The position numbers and the translations under genes were made by a program. Shown here one piece after another: positions 11,301-19,580 of a stretch of DNA of 19,580 nucleotides. Location of the stretch: contig NIVC01005232.1 of assembly GCA_002269645.1 (NCBI GenBank), forward strand, positions 1 to 19,580, in the 5' to 3' direction. The notes under the pieces were generated by a model. It was not told the origin of the DNA, made no database searches, and saw only the letters and a list, made by a program, of their open reading frames with translations. Positions within the stretch are counted from its first letter, which is position 1. Every line of letters starts with the position of its first letter. Source of the DNA: Macrostomum lignano. Its lineage: Eukaryota.

Positions 11301-12610
11301 TGATGGACAGAAGCAGTTAGAGAGGCGCCCTTGATCCAAGTAGATTGATAGACAGAAGCAGTTAGAGAGGCGCCCTTGATCCAAGTAGATTGATAGACAG
11401 AAGCAGTTAGAGAGGCGCCCTTCATACATGTAGATTGATGGACAGAAGCAGTTAGAGAGGCGCCCTTCATACATGTAGATTGATGGACAGAAGCAGTTAG
11501 AGAGGCGCCCTTCATCAAGTAGATTGATAGACAGAAGCAGTTAGAGAGGCGCCCTTCATACATGTAGATTGATGGACAGAAGCAGTTAGAGAGGCGCCCT
11601 TCATACATGTAGATTGATGGACAGAAGCAGTTAGAGAGGCGCCCTTCATACATGTAGATTGATGGACAGAAGCAGTTAGAGAGGCGCCCTTCATACATGT
11701 AGATTGATAGACAGAAGCAGTTAGAGAGGCGCCCTTCATACAAGTAGATTGATAGACAGAAGCAGTTAGAGAGGCGCCCTTGATCCAAGTAGATTGATAG
11801 ACAGAAGCAGTTAGAGAGGCGCCCTTGATCCAAGTAGATTGATAGACAGAAGCAGTTAGAGAGGCGCCCTTCATACATGTAGATTGATAGACAGAAGCAG
11901 TTAGAGAGGCGCCCTTCATACATGTAGATTGATGACAGAAGCAGTTAGAGAGGCGCCCTTGATCAAGTAGATTGATAGACAGAAGCAGTTAGAGAGGCGC
12001 CCTTCATACATGTAGATTGATAGACAGAAGCAGTTAGAGAGGCGCCCTTCATACAAGTAGATTGATGGACAGAAGCAGTTAGAGAGGCGCCCTTGATCAA
12101 GTAGATTGATAGACAGAAGCAGTTAGAGAGGCGCCCTTGATCCAAGTAGATTGATAGACAGAAGCAGTTAGAGAGGCGCCCTTGATCCAAGTAGATTGAT
12201 AGACAGAAGCAGTTAGAGAGGCGCCCTTGATCAAGTAGATTGATAGACAGAAGCAGTTAGAGAGGCGCCCTTCATACATGTAGATTGATGGACAGAAGCA
12301 GTTAGAGAGGCGCCCTTGATCCAAGTAGATTGATAGACAGAAGCAGTTAGAGAGGCGCCCTTGATCCAAGTAGATTGATAGACAGAAGCAGTTAGAGAGG
12401 CGCCCTTGATCCAAGTAGATTGATAGACAGAAGCAGTTAGAGAGGCACCCTTGATCCAAGTAGATTGATAGACAGAAGCAGTTAGAGAGGCGCCCTTGAT
12501 CCAAGTAGATTGATAGACAGAAGCAGTTAGAGAGGCGCCCTTGATCCAAGTAGATTGATAGACAGAAGCAGTTAGAGAGGCACCCTTGATCCAAGTAGAT
12601 TGATAGACAG
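5341..12610. repeat. 45-bp tandem repeat (minisatellite/satellite), ~160 copies
   Basis: Consensus GAGAGGCGCCCTTCATACATGTAGATTGAT(G/A)GACAGAAGCAGTTA. Main alternative monomer has CTTGATCCAAGTAG. Minor 44- and 48-bp variants occur. No unique spacers. Confidence 0.99.
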
Positions 12611-13056
12611 ACTCCCTGTAAGCCTGTTTTTTGAAAATTGAATGGAAAATAGGTTTGATATTATTGTAAAAGTTTAATGTACTTTACCTTAAAAGCTGGT
12701 TGTCAATTGATAGGCGTTACTCAAGAGCTTTACTACAGCTAGATATATTTCCAAAATGGCCTAAATGATAACAAGACTTGGATAAATACTCAGGGCCTAG
12801 CCTTCTTAGAGCTAGCCTATGCCTAGTTTTAAAGCTGGCCTGTAGTGAGGAAATACTAGGCCTACCAATGTAAGAGTCAGCCTACTTGAGCTGTGGGATT
12901 TCAAACCAGCCAATAGGAACCAGACCGCGAATTTTTACTCTTGGATGACTAACGCGAATTCTCACATTCACATGCCACAGCCAGGCTCCATATCCTTATT
13001 TTTGCGCAGAACTAGGACCATTGCGCGTACGTCGGCCTAGGCCTCATCAATACAAC

Positions 13057-13331
13057 CAGTGGCGGCGCCAAGTTGGGGGGCAGAGAGGGCTGCTGCCCCG
13101 GGTGACCACCCTCCTAAGACCACCCTACCATCCTTCCGTGGGGTGACCCACCATTAGTTTTTTAGCGCTCGTTGTATGCGTTTTTGTGAGATTATAGCGT
13201 ATACTCTAATTTTAAAAATTCGCTGAGGGAGGGGTTTGAAAACCCAACCACCGCCCCTCCCCCTTAATCCACAGAATTTACCTTAATCAGCATCGCCGCC
13301 ACTGCGCACCGCCAAGGCTGCACCGCCACTA
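13057..13331. mobile_element. ~275-bp MITE with CAGTGGCGG-type termini, probably hAT-related
   Basis: Left CAGTGGCGGCGC (13057-13068); right GCACCGCCACTA (13320-13331, reverse complement TAGTGGCGGTGC). Flanks AATACAAC (13049-13056) and AATAGAAC (13332-13339) form an 8-bp TSD with one mismatch. GC-rich interior. Confidence 0.6.
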
Positions 13332-13654
13332 AATAGAACCAACATTAATGGGCATATCGAAAGAAAATATACATTTGGCCTATCGGAAATTTCAGTCACT
13401 AGGGCCTAAAGCAAAACGTAGGCCTATAGTACTCGTATAGGCCTAAAACACCTTGTTTAAAGATTAGTAATTGAAGATACATATCTACATAACTTAATAA
13501 ACTCTAATTTGTACCTAAACTCCTAATTTTCTCCGAGAACTCATCCTAGATTTATGGCTATCAATTACTAACTACCGTAATTAGCCCTAATTGGTTGTTC
13601 TGGTCAATTACGCGAAAGAGCGAAAGAGCGAAATGGTTTCTGTATTTTAAAGTT

Positions 13655-16454
13655 AAAATGCTGAGCTAGGCCAAACTCAGCTCATTCTGAATTCATGATA
13701 GACTCAGGTGCTGGGATACACAGAGACAGTTAGAGAAGGAATCAGCCGGTTTGATGAAGATTATAGCGGCTCTCAAGTCCTCTGTGTTTGAGTGAAAATG
13801 CTGAGCTAGGCCAAACTCAGCTCATTCTGAATTCATGATAGACTCAGGTGCTGGGATACACAGAGACAGTTAGAGAAGGAATCAGCCGGTTTGATGAAGA
13901 TTATAGCGGCTCTCAAGTCCTCTCTGTGTTTGAGTGAAAATGCTGAGCTAGGCCAAACTCAGCTCATTCTGAATTCATGATAGACTCAGGTGCTGGGATA
14001 CACAGAGACAGTTAGAGAAGGAATCAGCCGGTTTGATGAAGATTATAGCGGCTCTCAAGTCCTCTCTGTGTTTGAGTGAAAATGCTGAGCTAGGCCAAAC
14101 TCAGCTCATTCTGAATTCATGATAGACTCAGGTGCTGGGATACACAGAGACAGTTAGAGAAGGAATCAGCCGGTTTGATGAAGATTATAGCGGCTCTCAA
14201 GTCCTCTCTGTGTTTGAGTGAAAATGCTGAGCTAGGCCAAACTCAGCTCATTCTGAATTCATGATAGACTCAGGTGCTGGGATACACAGAGACAGTTAGA
14301 GAAGGAATCAGCCGGTTTGATGAAGATTATAGCGGCTCTCAAGTCCTCTCTGTGTTTGAGTGAAAATGCTGAGCTAGGCCAAACTCAGCTCATTCTGAAT
14401 TCATGATAGACTCAGGTGCTGGGATACACAGAGACAGTTAGAGAAGGAATCAGCCGGTTTGATGAAGATTATAGCGGCTCTCAAGTCCTCTGTGTTTGAG
14501 TGAAAATGCTGAGCTAGGCCAAACTCAGCTCATTCTGAATTCATGATAGACTCAGGTGCTGGGATACACAGAGACAGTTAGAGAAGGAATCAGCCGGTTT
14601 GATGAAGATTATAGCGGCTCTCAAGTCCTCTCTGTGTTTGAGTGAAAATGCTGAGCTAGGCCAAACTCAGCTCATTCTGAATTCATGATAGACTCAGGTG
14701 CTGGGATACACAGAGACAGTTAGAGAAGGAATCAGCCGGTTTGATGAAGATTATAGCGGCTCTCAAGTCCTCTCTGTGTTTGAGTGAAAATGCTGAGCTA
14801 GGCCAAACTCAGCTCATTCTGAATTCATGATAGACTCAGGTGCTGGGATACACAGAGACAGTTAGAGAAGGAATCAGCCGGTTTGATGAAGATTATAGCG
14901 GCTCTCAAGTCCTCTCTGTGTTTGAGTGAAAATGCTGAGCTAGGCCAAACTCAGCTCATTCTGAATTCATGATAGACTCAGGTGCTGGGATACACAGAGA
15001 CAGTTAGAGAAGGAATCAGCCGGTTTGATGAAGATTATAGCGGCTCTCAAGTCCTCTCTGTGTTTGAGTGAAAATGCTGAGCTAGGCCAAACTCAGCTCA
15101 TTCTGAATTCATGATAGACTCAGGTGCTGGGATACACAGAGACAGTTAGAGAAGGAATCAGCCGGTTTGATGAAGATTATAGCGGCTCTCAAGTCCTCTC
15201 TGTGTTTGAGTGAAAATGCTGAGCTAGGCCAAACTCAGCTCATTCTGAATTCATGATAGACTCAGGTGCTGGGATACACAGAGACAGTTAGAGAAGGAAT
15301 CAGCCGGTTTGATGAAGATTATAGCGGCTCTCAAGTCCTCTCTGTGTTTGAGTGAAAATGCTGAGCTAGGCCAAACTCAGCTCATTCTGAATTCATGATA
15401 GACTCAGGTGCTGGGATACACAGAGACAGTTAGAGAAGGAATCAGCCGGTTTGATGAAGATTATAGCGGCTCTCAAGTCCTCTCTGTGTTTGAGTGAAAA
15501 TGCTGAGCTAGGCCAAACTCAGCTCATTCTGAATTCATGATAGACTCAGGTGCTGGGATACACAGAGACAGTTAGAGAAGGAATCAGCCGGTTTGATGAA
15601 GATTATAGCGGCTCTCAAGTCCTCTCTGTGTTTGAGTGAAAATGCTGAGCTAGGCCAAACTCAGCTCATTCTGAATTCATGATAGACTCAGGTGCTGGGA
15701 TACACAGAGACAGTTAGAGAAGGAATCAGCCGGTTTGATGAAGATTATAGCGGCTCTCAAGTCCTCTCTGTGTTTGAGTGAAAATGCTGAGCTAGGCCAA
15801 ACTCAGCTCATTCTGAATTCATGATAGACTCAGGTGCTGGGATACACAGAGACAGTTAGAGAAGGAATCAGCCGGTTTGATGAAGATTATAGCGGCTCTC
15901 AAGTCCTCTCTGTGTTTGAGTGAAAATGCTGAGCTAGGCCAAACTCAGCTCATTCTGAATTCATGATAGACTCAGGTGCTGGGATACACAGAGACAGTTA
16001 GAGAAGGAATCAGCCGGTTTGATGAAGATTATAGCGGCTCTCAAGTCCTCTCTGTGTTTGAGTGAAAATGCTGAGCTAGGCCAAACTCAGCTCATTCTGA
16101 ATTCATGATAGACTCAGGTGCTGGGATACACAGAGACAGTTAGAGAAGGAATCAGCCGGTTTGATGAAGATTATAGCGGCTCTCAAGTCCTCTCTGTGTT
16201 TGAGTGAAAATGCTGAGCTAGGCCAAACTCAGCTCATTCTGAATTCATGATAGACTCAGGTGCTGGGATACACAGAGACAGTTAGAGAAGGAATCAGCCG
16301 GTTTGATGAAGATTATAGCGGCTCTCAAGTCCTCTGTGTGTTTGAGTGAAAATGCTGAGCTAGGCCAAACTCAGCTCATTCTGAATTCATGATAGACTCA
16401 GGTGCTGGGATACACAGAGACAGTTAGAGAAGGAATCAGCCGGTTTGATGAAGA
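13655..16454. repeat. 142-bp tandem repeat, 19 full copies plus one ~106-bp partial copy
   Basis: Unit AAAATGCTGAGCTAGGCCAAACTCAGCTCATTCTGAATTCATGATAGACTCAGGTGCTGGGATACACAGAGACAGTTAGAGAAGGAATCAGCCGGTTTGATGAAGATTATAGCGGCTCTCAAGTCCTCTCTGTGTTTGAGTG. Unit starts at 13655, 13795, 13937, 14079 ... 16207, 16349. One EcoRI site per unit. Confidence 0.99.
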
Positions 16455-17211
16455 GACTAGCTAGCTATAGCTTTTATATACTCAAAGGTGCTTTTGGGTC
16501 CAATCTAATCACTTTGACCTTAGCTTATCTAAAATCTTACCTAAGAGGGCCCCACAAAAAGTAGGCAAACTTTTACGCAAACAAAAAGTATGAAATCTTT
16601 CAGTCTTTTTACGAATTGATGAGTGCAGCCGAAGCTGCCTTGGGCAATTCCATCTTCACACCCGTGCCAAAACATAGACAACTTGTGCGAATTGAGCCGA
16701 TTTTCGAGTTACTTTTTACTCGTAGGTGCGAAAAATTGGGTGACAGACGGTTTGCGATAAGGGCTGTGTCTATTAATTCATTTTTACTGGGAACCGAATT
16801 TAAATTCGCACATTTTAAGTCCGTAGGATTAGGCTCAAATTCTAAGCACGATTTTTCGCACCCAATAGTCAAGTATTGGTCTATTGTCTAGAATCCCAGA
16901 CCCTGGGCCTTTTCTGAGGCAATAGGCGGCATGATCCACCTATCCTTATCTCTGACTATCGACTGTTTTGCAAAATTCGGTTTGTTTTCGCACTTCGTGT
17001 GAGCCTGGAACCAATTCGCGCACATTTTAGACATGATGGGCCTAACGAAGCGCCAGAAGCATTATGTCATAACTTCACGCCCTTTCCACGAAGTAAATAA
17101 ATGATATGGCCTAAATAGCGACCGCAATGAAGCGAGAGAGATAAATCCATGCTTTGCATGCAGCATCCCGTTCATACTCCTGTTGCTCAATTTTGATATT
17201 TATTTTTAGAA

Positions 17212-18240
17212 GGAGCAGATGGAAAGAAAAAAGCAGATGGAGAGGAAGAGGCGGATGCAGAGGAAGGGCGGATGCAGAGGAAGGGGCAGATGCAGAGGAA
17301 GGGATGGATGAAGAGGAAGGGATGGAATCAGAGGAAGGGCAGATGCAGAGGAAGGGGCGGATGCAGAGGAAGGGCGGATGCAGAGGAAGGGCGGGTGTAG
17401 AGGAAGGGGCAGATGCAGAGGAAGGGCGGATGCAGAGGAAGGGGCGGATGCAGAGGAAGGGCGGATGCAGAGGAAGGGCGGGTGTAGAGGAAGGGGCAGA
17501 TGCAGAGGAAGGGCGGATGCAGAGGAAGGGGCGGATGCAGAGGAAGGGGCGGATGCAGAGGAAGGGCGGATGCAGAGGAAGGGCGGATGCAGAGGAAGGG
17601 GCGGATGCAGAGGAAGGGCGGATGCAGAGGAAGGGGCGGATGCAGAGGAAGGGATGGATGAAGAGGAAGGGATGGAATCAGAGGAAGGGATGGAATCAGA
17701 GGAAGGGCGGATGCAGAGGAAGGGGCGGATGCAGAGGAAGGGATGGAATCAGAGGAAGGGATGGAATCAGAGAAGGGCGGATGCAGAGGAAGGGGCGGAT
17801 GCAGAGGAAGGGGCGGATGCAGAGGAAGGGGCGGATGCAGAGGAAGGGCGGATGCAGAGGAAGGGCGGATGCAGAGGAAGGGCGGGTGTAGAGGAAGGGG
17901 CAGATGCAGAGGAAGGGCGGATGCAGAGGAAGGGGCGGATGCAGAGGAAGGGCGGATGCAGAGGAAGGGCGGATGCAGAGGAAGGGCGGGTGTAGAGGAA
18001 GGGGCGGATGCAGAGGAAGGGATGCATGCAGAGGAAGGGCGGATGCAGAGGAAGGGATGCATGCAGAGGAAGGGCAGATGCAGAGGAAGGGATGGAATCA
18101 GAGGAAGGGCAGATGCAGAGGAAGGGCGGGTGTAGAGGAAGGGGCGGATGCAGAGAAGGGCAGATGCAGAGGATGCAGGGCGGATGCAGAGGAAGGGCAG
18201 ATGCAGAGGAAGGGCGGATGCAGAGGAAGGGGCGGATGGA
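17212..18240 (+). repeat. 17/18-bp purine-rich minisatellite, GAGGAAGGG(G)CGGATGCA, roughly 55-60 units
   Basis: Mixed 17- and 18-bp units with variants (GGGATGGAATCA, GGGCGGGTGTA, GGGATGCATGCA) and degenerate 18-bp units at both ends. Confidence 0.95.
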
Positions 18241-18810
18241 AAAGGAGTGGATAGGGAGAAAGGATCCGCTGGCTTATTCTAGTCCCAGTGTCAGCAGATT
18301 TAAGCATAAAAAATCCTTTGGCTGATCCAGAATTTGGGATTCCAACTGTAAATAAAAAAGCGCTACATATAGATGTGGCCAGAGTGAGAGATGGATAATT
18401 CCCATCTAAAGTTCTTGCATCCAGATTTCAAAAACTGAACGAAGGAAAAATTTGGCCTACGCAGACATGACCAGGAGAAAAATTTGGCCCTACGCAGACA
18501 TGACCAGTTTCTCGCTGGCTGTCATTGGTTAGCGAATTCCTTGCGCCATGAGGATTGGCTGTTTCTGTTTGCTTTCCTGCGGCACCAATCAACTTTCAAC
18601 GTCCATTCATGCGTTTAAAATATTTGAATCAGGTTAAAAACCAATTGGCCCTAGCTACGTTAGACATTTGATTTTCAAGGCTCATCAATATCAACTGACA
18701 TCTGCAACATCGTTTCGAGACGCGACATCCGGATTACTGCTGCCTTCGCGAAATCTAAATAAATTTGCTTCTAATTATTGACTTTGTATTCATAGTCTAC
18801 AGTTAACGGC

Positions 18811-19580
18811 CTCTCTATCTCTCCATCAGCCGCCCGTCTACTCTCTATCAGCCGCCCGTCTCCTCTCTATCAGCCGCCCGTCTCCTCTCTATCAGCGCCC
18901 GTCTCCTCTCTATCATGCTGCCTTCTCTCTCTATCAGCCGCCCGTCTCCTCTCTATCAGCCGCTTGTCTATCTCCTCTCTATAAGCTGCCTGTCTCCTCT
19001 CTATCAGCCCCCGTCTCCTCTCTATCAGCCGCCCGTCTCCTCTCTATCAGCCGCTTGTCTATCTCCTCTCTATAAGCTGCCTGTCTGTCTCCTCTCTATC
19101 AGCGCCCGTCTCCTCTCTATCAGCCGCCCGTCTCCTCTCTATCAGCCGCTTGTCTTATCTCCTCTCTATCAGCGGGCCTGTCTGTCTCCTCTCTATCAGC
19201 TTTCTGTCTCCTCTCTATCAGCCGCCCGTCTCCTCTCTATCAGGCCGCTTGTCTATCTCCTCTCTATCAGCGCTTGTCTCCTCTCTATCAGCGCGCGCTG
19301 CCTGTCTCCTCTTTATCAGCTTTCTGTCTATCTCCACTCTATCCAGCCGCCCGTCTCCCCTCTATCAGCCACCCGTCTCCTCTCTATCAGCCGCCCGTCT
19401 CCTCTCTAGCAGCCGCCCGTCTCCTCTCTATCAGCCCGCCCGTCTCCTCTCTATCAGCCCTGCCTGTCTCCTCCTCTATCAGCTGCTGTCTATCTCCTCT
19501 CTATCAGCTGCCTGTCTATCTCCTCTCTATCAGCTGCCTGTCTATCTCCTCTCTATCAGCTGCCTGTCTGTCTCCTCTCT
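18811..19580. repeat. ~22-26-bp pyrimidine-rich minisatellite, CAGCCGCCCGTCTCCTCTCTAT and CAGCTGCCTGTCTATCTCCTCTCTAT; runs off window
   Basis: Direct reading. Heterogeneous units, with the 26-bp form dominating near the right edge. Confidence 0.95.

Noticed and set aside
5231-12594. Long minus-strand ORFs (MYEGRLSNCFCPSIY)n and (TCMKGASLTASVHQS)n as repeat proteins
   Set aside because: The 45-bp period keeps two frames open automatically. ORFs hop between the frames at 44-bp units, and the common variants are non-synonymous in both (P/L, MYE/LDQ; H/Y, CM/WI).
12688-12738. Minus-strand AG|...AAG|GTAAAG segment as a PSMD1 micro-exon
   Set aside because: In-frame stops in the required phases and no convincing peptide match.
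12885-12930. Minus-strand peptide ...FEIPQLK as the missing PSMD1 upstream exon (human ...DEPQLK)
   Set aside because: It is followed by TAG rather than a phase-0 GT, and the preceding residues (RGLVPIGW) do not match AAGIISLL.
5341-16454. 45-bp or 142-bp arrays as CRISPR arrays
   Set aside because: Units are head-to-tail with no unique spacers, there are no cas genes, and the context is eukaryotic and spliced.
13655-16454. Tandem C/D-box snoRNA array (TGATGA plus two CTGA per unit)
   Set aside because: No terminal stem adjoining the boxes, no C' box, no rRNA-antisense element that I can recognise, and it is on the strand opposite the only evident host gene. A snoscan or Infernal run would settle it.
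13655-16454. Identity with the 142-bp EcoRI satellite of Tenebrio molitor
   Set aside because: Only the length and the EcoRI site coincide; the sequence does not resemble that satellite as I recall it.
16609-16891. Overlapping 87-aa and 91-aa ORFs on opposite strands
   Set aside because: No recognisable domain, and they overlie a repeated-motif region that looks transposon-derived.
18915-19409. 164-aa LLSISRPSPLYQP-type ORF
   Set aside because: Translation of the 22-26-bp minisatellite.

Overview
AT-rich animal (probably invertebrate) genomic DNA, about 60% of it tandem repeat. The only recognisable host gene is a minus-strand exon of the 26S proteasome lid/base scaffold subunit PSMD1/Rpn2 at 1-384. 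It runs off the left edge and is interrupted by a 49-nt frameshifting, stop-containing segment that looks like a garbled copy of the adjacent sequence. The rest is intronic or intergenic. It holds a MER58-like hAT MITE with a perfect 8-bp TSD, a 1.5-kb TIR element carrying a nested 5'-truncated LINE remnant, and a second small TIR element. It also holds four tandem arrays: 45 bp (about 7.3 kb, with a hidden ~3.0-kb higher-order duplication), 142 bp (about 20 near-identical copies), 17/18 bp (purine-rich, possibly a decayed acidic hexapeptide exon) and ~22-26 bp (pyrimidine-rich, off the right edge). The arrays share sequence cores, suggesting local common ancestry. Nearly all long ORFs in the supplied track are by-products of repeat periodicity. 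I found no CRISPR array, rRNA or tRNA, and no convincing novel multi-gene system.
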